From: a virus
Lineage: Duplodnaviria; Caudoviricetes
Strand: one strand, 5' to 3'
DNA length: 42,570 bases
Virus record (IMG/VR): IMGVR_UViG_3300032233_002213
Location: 1-42,570 of that record
Of this stretch, positions 10,235 through 20,154 are shown in pieces. Each line of letters starts with the position of its first letter. The first letter of the stretch is position 1. The notes under the pieces were generated by a model that was given only the letters and a program-made list of their open reading frames with translations, did no database searches and was not told the DNA's origin. Position numbers and translations under genes: made by a program.

Positions 10235-10689
10235 AATTTTATTTTCAGTCCAACCCTGGCCCTTCTACTCGTGGCTCCTCAATGTGGTCCGAGATGCACC
10301 CCGGCGAACCATGGGAAGAAACAACTCCTGAAGCATTCCAGGAATGGCTGGCCTCTCGGCCTCCGTTGCCGCCACCGCCACAGCCTGAGCCTGAGCCTGA
10401 CTTTGAAGGCATGGCCACGGCGCTGCGGACTGAAAACGGCTTCAAATCCGCATTCCTGCTGGCCTTTGCCGAGGATCCCATGGCGGCCGGATCGCTGACG
10501 TCGCGGTTTGATGATTTCAGGCGCTCGGGAGAGTTCAGCCTGTTCCTGCAGTCGATACTGCTCGTGTTGCAAGCTCTACCCCATGAGCAAGCGGCCGAGA
10601 TCGGCACAGAGTTCCTCGCCGTGGCGGCCCGTTGCCACATGCCCCCCGCCTTCCTGCAGGCGTTGCAAACCGCCTTCAACGCCGATTAG
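10228..10689 (+). CDS. Hypothetical protein (possible fibre chaperone)
   Basis: ATG at 10228 overlaps the fibre gene end; Pro-rich linker then a helical domain. Function inferred from position only. Confidence 0.6.
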   Translation: MLKFYFQSNPGPSTRGSSMWSEMHPGEPWEETTPEAFQEWLASRPPLPPPPQPEPEPDFEGMATALRTENGFKSAFLLAFAEDPMAAGSLTSRFDDFRRSGEFSLFLQSILLVLQALPHEQAAEIGTEFLAVAARCHMPPAFLQALQTAFNAD

Positions 10690-10698
10690 AATTCCCCC

Positions 10699-11028
10699 AT
10701 GGCCCCCACGCCCCCCAACCAATCAGCCGGGCAGAGCCAGGCGCAGCCGCCGATACAGGATGACCGGCTTACCAATGGTCTGAGGTGGACTGCGGCTATC
10801 TCGGGTACATTGTGCGTAATGATATTGGGAGGCCTTTACACTGATTTCAAGGAAACGCGAGACAATCAGCTCAAGCTTGGAATTATCGTAGATAATCTTT
10901 CACGAGTAGTTTCAAAGATTGAAAACGATGAAGAGAAACGGGATAGCAGTTACCAAAAACTGCTTGAGAGGCAGCAAATGCACCAACTTGCGATCCAGGA
11001 ACTTCAACGGCGTAATGGGCTGCGATGA
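10699..11028 (+). CDS. Single-TM coiled-coil membrane protein (lysis-associated candidate)
   Basis: Hydrophobic WTAAISGTLCVMILGGLY followed by a charged coiled coil. Confidence 0.6.
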   Translation: MAPTPPNQSAGQSQAQPPIQDDRLTNGLRWTAAISGTLCVMILGGLYTDFKETRDNQLKLGIIVDNLSRVVSKIENDEEKRDSSYQKLLERQQMHQLAIQELQRRNGLR

Positions 11029-11234
11029 GCAACCACCTGCCCACCATCCTCCTCCTGGCGGGCGTCGCTCTGTTTGCGGGCGCCACAATCCCCACCGTTC
11101 ACTGGCTGCAGTGCACCGCGCACGCTGGCGGCCTGGCGTGCTCCGGGGCCGCGTCAACCGCCCGTGAGAGCTGGCTGGGCGTGGCCTCCACCCTGCTGGG
11201 GCTGGCCTGGCAGGACCGCAGGGGGCAGCGATGA
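11025..11234 (+). CDS. Small two-TM protein, holin candidate
   Basis: Two hydrophobic segments, a Cys pair in the loop, a basic C-terminus (DRRGQR) and ATGA coupling on both sides. Confidence 0.55.
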   Translation: MSNHLPTILLLAGVALFAGATIPTVHWLQCTAHAGGLACSGAASTARESWLGVASTLLGLAWQDRRGQR

Positions 11235-11671
11235 CGGACACGATCCCGCTGCAATTTCGCAAGGGCCTTGTGCCCCTGCTGGCCGCGATTCCTGGCATAA
11301 CCCTCTGTGAACTGGGCAGGGCCTACCCAGTTGGCAAAGACGAGGCAAAACCGGTGTGCATTGTGAGCCATGACGTGTCAACGAATAACGCCGTAGATAC
11401 GTCGCACACGATTACCAGACACAGCACACCCATAAGAATTAGGCTATATTTTGACATCTTGCCGGCCGGGCCATCCCTCGATGAGCAAGCCGACCCATTC
11501 CGTCAGGCGGTTCATGCGGTCATGAATGGCGCGGCGCGAAACCTGCCGGGTGTCCAGGGGATTTACTACCTACAGGAGGAGCTTGAGCCCGATGGTGATG
11601 CCGGCGGCCTTCATCTCGTTTACAATGTCCTTCAAAGAACGAGCCTGACTGATCTCACGCAGCCCCTATGA
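11231..11671 (+). CDS. Tail terminator (gpU-like)
   Basis: 146 aa; LDEQADPFRQAVHAVM and C-terminal YNVLQRTSLTDL pattern; upstream of the tail tube gene. Confidence 0.65.
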   Translation: MTDTIPLQFRKGLVPLLAAIPGITLCELGRAYPVGKDEAKPVCIVSHDVSTNNAVDTSHTITRHSTPIRIRLYFDILPAGPSLDEQADPFRQAVHAVMNGAARNLPGVQGIYYLQEELEPDGDAGGLHLVYNVLQRTSLTDLTQPL

Positions 11672-11850
11672 GCAAACGGCACGAAACCCCGCCCCCTGGT
11701 CATCCGCACCCCACGATCTGGACACCTGGCGGCTGGCAGTGGGATCGCGGCGCGGGTGAGGCTGGCGGCTGGGTGTCTGCTCAGGCATCCCCAGATCCAG
11801 CCGGCCCGCCCCTGCTCACCCCTGCTCCTGACTCCCCTGAGGCGACCTGA
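11668..11850 (+). CDS. Small Pro/Trp-rich protein
   Basis: Overlap-coupled to both neighbours (ATGA and TGATG). Confidence 0.5.
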   Translation: MSKRHETPPPGHPHPTIWTPGGWQWDRGAGEAGGWVSAQASPDPAGPPLLTPAPDSPEAT

Positions 11851-12806
11851 TGGCACAGTTTGATTCAATGCTGGCCTTTGTGAAGGCCGGCGGCACCTAC
11901 GGGGCGACCCCCACGTTTGCGGCAAGCGATGCGCTGATTTGCTCGGCGATCGAGATCACCCCGCTGGAGGGCGATCTGCTGGACCGACCACAGGCCGACG
12001 GCGAGTCTGGCCCGGTGGCGTCGTCTGTGATGGCCCGGAAGCGCTCCAGTGCCACCCTTACGTTTGAGCTGGCGGGCAGTGGCGTGGCCGGCACCCGTCC
12101 GAAATGGGCAGCGCTTGCGGAGGCGTGCGGCGGAACCTGGGCAGATGTGGCGACCGTCAGTAACACCCTGACGGAGGCCAGTCTCAACTCACCCCTGGGG
12201 TTTGCCGACCTCCGCGTTCTCATGGCTGGGCGCGACTACCGCTCCCATGGCTCACGTGGCAACATGGTGATAACCCTGGCCAGCGGTGAACTGCCAACCG
12301 CTCAGGCAACCATGTTGGGGTTGTACACCACTCCAGTAACTCAGGCGATGATCTCGCCCACCTACAGCAACCAGGCCCGGTCCGTGGTGGTGGACGCGGC
12401 CAACACTCCTACGGTTCAGATCGGCCCCACGGGATCCCCGATCAGTCGGTGTATTTCTAATTTCTCGCTTGACTTTGGGTGCAATGTTGTTTACTTCAAT
12501 GATCCAGGGGGTGGCAGTGCTGAGGTATTGATCACGTCCCGGCGACCAACCGCAAGTATAACATATCGAGAAACTACCCTCGAAGAGTTCAATGTTTTTA
12601 ATTTCAGCGCTAGCGAAAACCCGCCAATTCATGAGTTCAAAATTGTTCACGGCCCGGCTGGCGCCCGCCAAACAATTACTATTCCCAAGCTGACTTACGG
12701 TCAACCCTCGCATAGCAGCCGCGATGGGATTCTCCACACCACAGTGGACATGATTCTTCAGCGTCCGCCCGGAAATCCCAGCTTTTTTAGCTGGAAGCAA
12801 GACTAA
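11850..12806 (+). CDS. Major tail tube protein
   Basis: ITPLEGD, FELAGSGVAGTRP, GSRGN and ITSRRPTASI motifs; position before the chaperones and tape measure. Confidence 0.85.
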   Translation: MAQFDSMLAFVKAGGTYGATPTFAASDALICSAIEITPLEGDLLDRPQADGESGPVASSVMARKRSSATLTFELAGSGVAGTRPKWAALAEACGGTWADVATVSNTLTEASLNSPLGFADLRVLMAGRDYRSHGSRGNMVITLASGELPTAQATMLGLYTTPVTQAMISPTYSNQARSVVVDAANTPTVQIGPTGSPISRCISNFSLDFGCNVVYFNDPGGGSAEVLITSRRPTASITYRETTLEEFNVFNFSASENPPIHEFKIVHGPAGARQTITIPKLTYGQPSHSSRDGILHTTVDMILQRPPGNPSFFSWKQD

Positions 12807-12833
12807 TCACTCACCTATTCATTACTGCTAATC

Positions 12834-13283
12834 ATGGCCTTAAATCTTGAGGAAAAAATTGAGCACTTTCACTATCCAGTGAAGGGGCAAACCAATCAAC
12901 AACCGGTTTCTTTCATGGGTCGATTCAAGGCCTTTGATGATGACGAGGAGATTGACTTGTTGGTCGAAAGGATCAACAAAGAAGCCGCAAAAGATCCTAA
13001 CGGATTAGGCAAAGGACTGCGCAGGGTGGCTGAGGAATTCTTCGTCGGATGGACCAATCCCGAAGACGATGAGTCGTTGTGGGTGACTCATGGTGATGGT
13101 TCCGCTATGGACTGCACGCCCGATCGAAAGGCTGCATTACTGAAAAAACCAGGCGTTGCCGTCGCCATTTGCAAGGCCTTCCAGGAAGCTCGCTATGACA
13201 CGGAGGCGCAACTGGGAAACTCCGTGAAGTTGCGAGGGAGTGGTTTCAAGGATCGGGTCCGCAGGGCGACGCCACCAGGTTGA
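12834..13283 (+). CDS. Tail assembly chaperone (gpG-like)
   Basis: Between tail tube and TMP; FVGW motif; ends ...QLGN at slippery site G GGA AAC. Confidence 0.8.
   Translation: MALNLEEKIEHFHYPVKGQTNQQPVSFMGRFKAFDDDEEIDLLVERINKEAAKDPNGLGKGLRRVAEEFFVGWTNPEDDESLWVTHGDGSAMDCTPDRKAALLKKPGVAVAICKAFQEARYDTEAQLGNSVKLRGSGFKDRVRRATPPG
13214..13220 (+). other. Programmed -1 ribosomal frameshift slippery site GGGAAAC
   Basis: X XXY YYZ heptamer in phase (CTG GGA AAC). The -1 frame is open from here into ORF 13280..13681. Confidence 0.8.
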
Positions 13284-13681
13284 GCCCAGTGGAAACCGCG
13301 CTGCGACTGGGAGGTGATGACGTGGCGGCCGAGGTGGCCAAGCAGCATGAGCGGCTGGAAGCCCTCAGGGCCGCTATGCGCGGGGAAGGGCGGCCCGTGG
13401 CAGCCCGCTGCAACCACAGTTCCCTCGATCGCAACGCTCGCGGTGAGCTGCTGATCTGGCCGCAAAATCGCGCTGCTGTGCTCGTGTGGTTGGCGACGGG
13501 CGATCAATGGCACCGGTCGGGAGTGGATGGCACTCCCCAGGCACATGACGCCTCTTGCGCCCTGGCCTACGCGCAGGAGCTGGCGCGGGAGGATCCAACG
13601 GTCAAACCGTTCCGGGCAGCGATGAACGTTAAATTCATCGCCAGCTGCGTTCTTCAGTTGTATCGAGAGGGTAAACACTGA
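13280..13681 (+). CDS. Tail assembly chaperone, gpT-like part (probably made as a G-T fusion)
   Basis: IWPQNRAAVLVWLATGDQW pattern; only a weak TTG start; -1 frame relative to gpG. Confidence 0.7.
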   Translation: MSPVETALRLGGDDVAAEVAKQHERLEALRAAMRGEGRPVAARCNHSSLDRNARGELLIWPQNRAAVLVWLATGDQWHRSGVDGTPQAHDASCALAYAQELAREDPTVKPFRAAMNVKFIASCVLQLYREGKH

Positions 13682-16410
13682 TGGCGTTCAACATGGACGC
13701 AATCCTGCGCATCAAGGCTCAAGCCAGTGGCTCCGAAACCATCACGGGAATCAGCAATGCGCTCAACTCTGCCACGGTTGCAGGGCAGAAGCTGGCGGGC
13801 ACCACAGGGCTGCTCAAGAGTGCCTTTGGGGCCCTGGCCCCCGTGCTGTCGGTGGCGGGGCTCTCGGCACTGGTGGGCAAGCAGATCGAAGCAGGCGACC
13901 GGATGTTCGACCTGAGCCAGCGCACTGGCGTGGCGGTGGAATCGCTCGCAAAATTTGACAAGGCGGCAAAGATTGGCGGGACGTCGCTTGACTCCGTAGC
14001 TGGCGCGCTGGTCAGGCTCTCGAAGGCCATGGTCGCCAGTGTCTCCGGGACTGAAGTTTCCGGGCGGGTGAAGGCCGATATGGATCGCGCCGTGGATGCG
14101 GTCAGGGGTGGCGAGCGGCGGCAGGTGGCGGAGCTTAGGGACGGCGAGCGGCGGCAGACCTCCGTTGTGCAGGACGAGGCCAGGCAGCGTATTGAAGCCA
14201 TTGAGAGGGAGTCAGACAAGACCCTGCAGGAGATCGGGAAGCGCTATCGACAGATTGAGCAGATGTTGAATGATCGCCTTGATGATCAGTCTGAGCAGCA
14301 GGAGCGAGCGGCAGAGAATGAATTGAATACGGAAATCAAAAAACTTTCAAGATTATATGAAAAGAAAAGAAAAGCCATTCAAGATGATGAATCGCTAAGC
14401 GATGAAGAACGGGGCAGGCGGCTGCAGGCTGTCGAAGACAGCAGAGACGTAGAGCTTGACGCGATCAGAGAGGGCTATGCAGACCGGGCCAAGGAGAGGC
14501 AGCGTGCGGCGAGGGACGAGCAACAAAAACTAACGGATGATCTGGAGCAAAAAAAACAAAAGGAAGAAAGTGCCATCAGAAACAGTACAGAAAATCAAAA
14601 AAGACTATGGCAGGAAAGAGCTGATGCTCAGACCGAAACTATCAGGACTGCTTCGGCTGCACAGCTTGAGGAGATCAAAAAACTCACCGAGGCAACGGTC
14701 AAAGCGTTGAAAGGCGATCCTGTCGCCGATGACCTGAGCCAGCAGATGGAAGAGTTGGGATTGAGCGGGAAGGGTGCGAGCAAGGCATTTAATGAGTTGC
14801 AAATCGACATAAAGAATGCAGACGGAACCATGCGCTCTGCTGACGATGTGATGCTTGACATTGCGACACGCTTTAAGGGCATGGAAGACCCGACAAGGAA
14901 AGTGGCTCTTGCAGTGCAATTATTTGGCAGGTCTGGCGCTGAGCTGATTCCCATGCTCAACCAAGGCGGAGACGCGATAGACAAGATGAAAGTAAAGATG
15001 AATCAAGCCTTTGCGGAAAAGGCTGACGAATACAATGACAGGCTGATCACCCTCGGCGGCAAGGTCGGCGGGCTGGCCCGGGGAATCACCGTCGCGCTCC
15101 TGCCGGCTCTCGATGCTCTCACCAGTGCCTTGACCGTTGGCGTGGATCTGTTCGCGAAGCTCCCCGAACCACTGCAGGCCATAATCGGGGGCTTTGCCAT
15201 ATTGGCCACGGGTGCCACGGCGCTGGCGGTTCCGCTTGCGCTGATCGCCCCTGCGGTAACCGGTATCGCGACAGCCTTTGCCGGCCTTGGAATCGCGGCC
15301 ACAATCGCGGGATGGGCGGGCGCCGTCGGCCCCTTTGTCGGCACGTTCACGGCCGCAATGGGTGGCCTCCTGGCATGGATGACCGGAACCTTCCTCCCTG
15401 TCATGGCGGGGATCTTCTCTGGTCCGGTCGGCTGGATCGCGCTGGGCGTGGCTGCGTTGGTGGCGGGGATGATATTTTTCCGGGAGCCGATTACAAAGTT
15501 CTTCGGCTGGGCTTATGAGCAGGTCGTTGGATTCTGGAAAACAGTATTTGGCTTTATTTATGATACACAAATCAAGCCATGGGTTGAACTGTGGAACACA
15601 GTCCTGTCCAAGCCTGTAACAGATGCCGCCAAGGGATGGCTCACTGGTATTACAAAATTCTTTAGTGGAATCCTGGAATTTATAAACAAAAACTGGCTTA
15701 AGCAGTGGGCGGCTTACTGGGAAAGCTTTGTCAACGATCCTTTCGCATTTATCGAAAAGGTAGAGAAACGTTTCGGCGGTCTGTTGTCCAGCGTTGTAGA
15801 AACATGGAAGCGAATCCCTGGCATCCTGCAGAACGTGTGGGATTCTGTTCTCAACGGCATGGGCAGGACATGGCGTTGGATGATCGGCGGCGCTGTTGAC
15901 TCTCTGAATGGAATAATCAGGCTGTGGAATAGCGTCTCTCAGAACGTGAACAAATTGCCAACACCTATCAAGCTGCCAGTAATCCCTGAGATCATGACGG
16001 CTCAGATCCCCGGCTTCGCCCGTGGCGGCTACATCGATCGGCCAACCCTGGGCATGATCGGCGAGGGCGCCAACCCGCGAGAGTACGTCATCCCCGAGGG
16101 TGGCATGGGTGCAGCCGCTGACGGCTGGCGGCGGGGCCTGAGGGGTGATGCGCTGGTAGCGGCCTGGCAATCCCCTGGCCTCGCACCGGGGCGGGCCAGC
16201 ATGGAACCCTCTGGCGGCGGCATGGTGGCGACCCCTGAGGTGCGGATCCAGGTTCAGCAGGCCGGGCCGACGATGCAGATGCCCGACGGCTCCCAGTGGA
16301 TCCGCCGCGATGAGGCCATGGCGATGATTGCGCACGGCAGCCGGCTCACCCTCCAGGCCGTGGCCCGGGTCAACTCCGGCGCGGCGGCTCGATCCGCGGG
16401 TAGGACCTGA
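13681..16410 (+). CDS. Tape measure protein
   Basis: 909 aa; DLSQRTGVAVESL, LFGRSGAELIPMLN, hydrophobic/W-F repeats and C-terminal IPGFARGG...GEG..REYVIP. Confidence 0.92.
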   Translation: MAFNMDAILRIKAQASGSETITGISNALNSATVAGQKLAGTTGLLKSAFGALAPVLSVAGLSALVGKQIEAGDRMFDLSQRTGVAVESLAKFDKAAKIGGTSLDSVAGALVRLSKAMVASVSGTEVSGRVKADMDRAVDAVRGGERRQVAELRDGERRQTSVVQDEARQRIEAIERESDKTLQEIGKRYRQIEQMLNDRLDDQSEQQERAAENELNTEIKKLSRLYEKKRKAIQDDESLSDEERGRRLQAVEDSRDVELDAIREGYADRAKERQRAARDEQQKLTDDLEQKKQKEESAIRNSTENQKRLWQERADAQTETIRTASAAQLEEIKKLTEATVKALKGDPVADDLSQQMEELGLSGKGASKAFNELQIDIKNADGTMRSADDVMLDIATRFKGMEDPTRKVALAVQLFGRSGAELIPMLNQGGDAIDKMKVKMNQAFAEKADEYNDRLITLGGKVGGLARGITVALLPALDALTSALTVGVDLFAKLPEPLQAIIGGFAILATGATALAVPLALIAPAVTGIATAFAGLGIAATIAGWAGAVGPFVGTFTAAMGGLLAWMTGTFLPVMAGIFSGPVGWIALGVAALVAGMIFFREPITKFFGWAYEQVVGFWKTVFGFIYDTQIKPWVELWNTVLSKPVTDAAKGWLTGITKFFSGILEFINKNWLKQWAAYWESFVNDPFAFIEKVEKRFGGLLSSVVETWKRIPGILQNVWDSVLNGMGRTWRWMIGGAVDSLNGIIRLWNSVSQNVNKLPTPIKLPVIPEIMTAQIPGFARGGYIDRPTLGMIGEGANPREYVIPEGGMGAAADGWRRGLRGDALVAAWQSPGLAPGRASMEPSGGGMVATPEVRIQVQQAGPTMQMPDGSQWIRRDEAMAMIAHGSRLTLQAVARVNSGAAARSAGRT

Positions 16411-16877
16411 TGGACCACCGCTATGGCGCGGCATTCCTCGATCTGTCCTCCACCGGCGGCATGGTGCATCGTCGCTGGCAGTCCCGCTGGATCCACCAGA
16501 CCATCACCTGGGAGGCCCTCACCTGGGACTACCGGGAGTTTGAGTGGGCCGGTCTGAGCTCAGGTGCGGTGATCGATTCCGCCCCAGCAGGCCTGACGTT
16601 CGCACATCTCTCAGACACGGCCGACGACCTGCGGCTGGCCCACCAGCAGCAGTGGGTTGGCCGGTTGCGGGTCTACCACTACCCAGACACCTGGGCGGGT
16701 TCAGGGCCTCCCACGGATCAGGTGCTGGTGGGCTCCTACACCGGCACGCTGAGCCTGGAGAGCGTCTCCCAGGATGTGATCTCTGTCGCTCTCGGCGGTG
16801 AGGCTGGCGGCGTGTTCCCCCCGCGTCGGGCAGACTCGTCGCTGATTGGTCTGCCGTGCGAACTGGGGGGGCGCTGA
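16410..16877 (+). CDS. Minor tail protein (gpL/hub-like)
   Basis: Coupled to the TMP stop; ends FPPRRADSSLIGLP. Confidence 0.6.
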   Translation: MDHRYGAAFLDLSSTGGMVHRRWQSRWIHQTITWEALTWDYREFEWAGLSSGAVIDSAPAGLTFAHLSDTADDLRLAHQQQWVGRLRVYHYPDTWAGSGPPTDQVLVGSYTGTLSLESVSQDVISVALGGEAGGVFPPRRADSSLIGLPCELGGR

Positions 16878-16878
16878 G

Positions 16879-19098
16879 ATGGCTGGCAGTGGAATCAAGT
16901 CAAACCATTCCGACAGAACGCTGTATGACTACAGCGCGATCCAAGGCTTTGAATGGGCAAAAGAAGTCATAAATCCCCCTGAAGAATTATTTGCTCCTTT
17001 TGGTGGTCTTGAGGCGTATCTTCGCAGCCTTGAGGCGCAGGCCGGCGCGAAAGCCTCCAGCGTGGCAGCCAGCCGCACCGGGCGGGATGAAACATCAGAG
17101 CGGGAGCGGAACCTCCTCCAGCCCGTCCGGGCAATGGCGATTGGGGATCCTGTTCCCGTGGTGTTCGCCAGGCGTCGCACGGGTGGAACGGGTGGGGTGA
17201 TGGTGCAACCACGAGCCTCCGAAGCGCAGTTCTCCAACACGGGCACGGAGATCACAGCTCGTTATCACTGCCTGCTCAGCGAGGGGCAGGTGGGCTCGAT
17301 TCAGGTGCGGGATGTGCGCGTTGGACTGTATCGGCGCGGGAGCTTCAGCCAGAACTATGGCCAGCGTGCCGGTACCTGGCAACCTGGCAACCGATCGAAA
17401 CCCGTTGCAGGCGTTACGGTCCCGGACTTCCCGCAGAATTGCGGCATTGGCGGAAACTATAAAGGAGTCTCAACGATTGAGTACAACGCAGCGTGGCCTA
17501 TCGATTCTGATCAGTGGAAGCTACCGCTTAACGTTTTAATCCGCAACGGGATGCAGATTGACCGGGGGCGGTTGCTTGATGATGTAGTGGGCGCCAGTGA
17601 TAACCTTTGTGATCTGATTATCTGGGCATTGGTAAAGTCTGGCCGCAAGAAAGAATCAGAGATCAACCTAGACGAGATGGAGAAGACCGCTCTCTTTCTG
17701 GAGGCAAACCAACTCTACTGTAATGCAGAATTTACGTCTGCGGCAAGTTTGCCCGATTGGCTGGTGAACATCCTCCCGTCTTTCCTGTTGAGAGAGGCAA
17801 CAATCAGCGGCAAGTATGCGGTCGTTCCAGCCGTTCCGACGAATGCGGATGGCACAATTAAGACTACAAAGATTGAGCCAAGATGGACGTTTACAGAGGA
17901 GGCCATTGCCCCCGGAAGCTGGCAGGAGCGGCCGGCTGACGCGGCGGCGCGGGGGCCACTGGAGATCTCTGTTCTGTGGCGGCAGCAGACCAGCGAGACG
18001 GAACCGCCACTGGACCGGGATCTGCGCGTTGGCCGGCCTGGCGTGGATCCAACACCACAGTCCGAACCGTTCGACCTGCGAGGGTTTGCCACATCCGAAC
18101 AGCACGCGGCGCTCGCGGGCGGGTTCCGCCATGCCTTGCGGACCCTGGCGGGATCGACCGCATCGGTTCGGGTGCTGCCCGGCAGCCAGTCCGGCTACCT
18201 CCAACAGGGTCAGATAGTACAGGTGTTCCTCCAGCAGGTGAGCGAGCGCACCACCATCGGCGCGATTAACAGCCTCTGGTGGCTCGATCGGATCGACCTC
18301 GCACCTGACGGTTCGGAATCCCTCCAGCTCTCAGCCTGCCCTGTTGACGCCGAAGGTCGCAGCCTGGTGGCACTGGCTGTGACGGCGGCCCGGGACAATG
18401 CTCCGGGGATGATCCTGCCCTATCCGCCCCTGTCGGCGGGCGATGAACCGGGGCGGGCCTCGGACACGTCGGTGCCGCCTTCAACCACCTCAGGGCTTCC
18501 GTTCACGTCTGGCGGCGGGGGGATTCTGCCGGCGATCGGGAGGGCCAATAAAACCCAGGCGCCCAACCGAACGGATATGGGGTCGCCGCCAGTGGAGAAA
18601 CCTCCCGCGCCTCCCACCCCAGGCGGGCCAGGGGGCGGGGGGATCGTTCAAGCCGGCAATGGGCCGAAGCAGCCAAGCGAAACCAAGGGTGGCGGCATTT
18701 GGTGGAATCCTTATATCCCCGGCAAGATAGAGCCGATTGACTACCCCCCTGGCCCCCAGGATTGCAAGTATGGCACGGCAATAATCAGCACGCGGCTCAC
18801 AGGATTATCACTCAGCAGTAGCGGATATGGATATTGGGATACGGTTATTGAGTCCACTAAGCGGATTGAATGGGTCTCCCTTGGAAGCTTTTTTAGTGAT
18901 TACTGGTCTCCCGGAATAAGCGTACAAATTGAAACCATAAGGATTATCTATACCTCTAAATTCGGGTACGATGTTTCGCAGATAATTAGCTCCTGCGGCG
19001 CCCCGCCATTCGGCTCGCAGGGCGAGTTCGGCCTTTACGTTGAGAGCTGGCGCTGCAAGCTGGCGAACGGCGCAACCGGCCCCCTCCAGACGCCATGA
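16879..19098 (+). CDS. Tail tip / central tail protein (gpJ-like)
   Basis: ATG at 16879; IGDPVPVVFARR motif; FATSEQHA...LQQGQIV phage-tail pattern; Pro/Gly linker before a C-terminal domain. Confidence 0.75.
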   Translation: MAGSGIKSNHSDRTLYDYSAIQGFEWAKEVINPPEELFAPFGGLEAYLRSLEAQAGAKASSVAASRTGRDETSERERNLLQPVRAMAIGDPVPVVFARRRTGGTGGVMVQPRASEAQFSNTGTEITARYHCLLSEGQVGSIQVRDVRVGLYRRGSFSQNYGQRAGTWQPGNRSKPVAGVTVPDFPQNCGIGGNYKGVSTIEYNAAWPIDSDQWKLPLNVLIRNGMQIDRGRLLDDVVGASDNLCDLIIWALVKSGRKKESEINLDEMEKTALFLEANQLYCNAEFTSAASLPDWLVNILPSFLLREATISGKYAVVPAVPTNADGTIKTTKIEPRWTFTEEAIAPGSWQERPADAAARGPLEISVLWRQQTSETEPPLDRDLRVGRPGVDPTPQSEPFDLRGFATSEQHAALAGGFRHALRTLAGSTASVRVLPGSQSGYLQQGQIVQVFLQQVSERTTIGAINSLWWLDRIDLAPDGSESLQLSACPVDAEGRSLVALAVTAARDNAPGMILPYPPLSAGDEPGRASDTSVPPSTTSGLPFTSGGGGILPAIGRANKTQAPNRTDMGSPPVEKPPAPPTPGGPGGGGIVQAGNGPKQPSETKGGGIWWNPYIPGKIEPIDYPPGPQDCKYGTAIISTRLTGLSLSSSGYGYWDTVIESTKRIEWVSLGSFFSDYWSPGISVQIETIRIIYTSKFGYDVSQIISSCGAPPFGSQGEFGLYVESWRCKLANGATGPLQTP

Positions 19099-20150
19099 CA
19101 TTCCCCGCCTATCGCCCAACAGATCTCTCGCTTGAGCACGGCACCTACCCGGCATCAGTCACGCAGACCATCAGCGGTCGCACGGCGATCCTTCGACACT
19201 CGGATGTAGAGACAGACATTGGGCTGACACGTGAATTTGTATTAACACAAGCGCAGTTTCTAAACGTTCTAGAGCACTACCAAGCTAACGGAACGGTGGT
19301 CAGCTTTGATCTGCCGCCAGAGGTTGAGGCGGGCTTTACGCCTGAAGGTTTCCGCTGGCGGTATAGCTCAGAGCCTGTAGGAGTACAAGATGAGCATAAA
19401 GATTTTTTCCGCGTCAGTTGCACGTTCATCGGGAACCTATGGGCTGACATCCGGCTCCCCCAGGGGACGGGGATTCTCCGGCTGGTGGGGGTGGAGACTG
19501 CCATCAGCGACGTGCTGACGGTGGCCCCAGGGGCCCCGACTGCCACAGTGCAGGGACTGGCCAGCGGAGTGACTCCAGACGGGTTCGTCGAGGTGGCGGG
19601 GCTGGAGCCTGGAACCAGCTGGGAATACAGCACCAACGGCGGCAGCTCCTGGAGCGCTGGCACCGGCTCGGGATTCCAGCTCCCGGCCGGCTCCTACTCG
19701 ACTGGCGCCATCCGCGTCAGGCAGGAGGATCGGGACGGGAACACCTCCTCCCCAGCGCAGAACGCCTCCGCCGTCACCGTGGCGCCGCCCGGCTCGGCCG
19801 TGGTGGCGTTCACCGCGGCGGCCGGGGCGACCACAACCGGCACCGTCACCCTCCCCCTGGTGGGCCGGCTCGTGCGGTTCTCCATGAACCATCCGGGGTG
19901 GTTCACTCTCTACGCATCGGTGGCGGCCCGATCGGCCGACAGCAGCAGGCCAGCCACGGTGATGCCCGCCAGGGGGGTGGGCGTCTGCGCTGATCCCCGC
20001 CTCGCAGCTGGTGGGGTGATCAATCTGAACGCGTTCGCGGATATCAGAAACGAAGAATCGCCAGCGACAACTACCTACCCTTGGAAGCATGTCAACGAAG
20101 ACACGGGAACCCGTGACTTCGTGATAATCTTAACCATTATCACCTCATAA
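19095..20150 (+). CDS. Distal-tail-like protein fused to Ig-like and C-terminal beta domains
   Basis: N-terminal TFP...LEHY...FDLP...WRY domain; GLEPGTSWEYSTNGGSSW...VRQEDRDGNTS Ig-like segment; WFTLYASVAARSADSSR domain. Confidence 0.65.
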   Translation: MTFPAYRPTDLSLEHGTYPASVTQTISGRTAILRHSDVETDIGLTREFVLTQAQFLNVLEHYQANGTVVSFDLPPEVEAGFTPEGFRWRYSSEPVGVQDEHKDFFRVSCTFIGNLWADIRLPQGTGILRLVGVETAISDVLTVAPGAPTATVQGLASGVTPDGFVEVAGLEPGTSWEYSTNGGSSWSAGTGSGFQLPAGSYSTGAIRVRQEDRDGNTSSPAQNASAVTVAPPGSAVVAFTAAAGATTTGTVTLPLVGRLVRFSMNHPGWFTLYASVAARSADSSRPATVMPARGVGVCADPRLAAGGVINLNAFADIRNEESPATTTYPWKHVNEDTGTRDFVIILTIITS

Positions 20151-20154
20151 AGCT

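Noticed and set aside
14920-16434. 504-aa antisense ORF, and similar long shadows at 35313..36638, 30563..31525, 27834..28553 and 22318..23061
   Set aside because: They lie opposite well-supported genes in GC-rich DNA, have Arg/Pro/Gly-rich composition and show no motifs; typical shadow ORFs.
18700-19098. Diversity-generating retroelement target in tail or fibre C-termini
   Set aside because: No reverse transcriptase gene and no template/variable repeat pair differing at adenines were seen.
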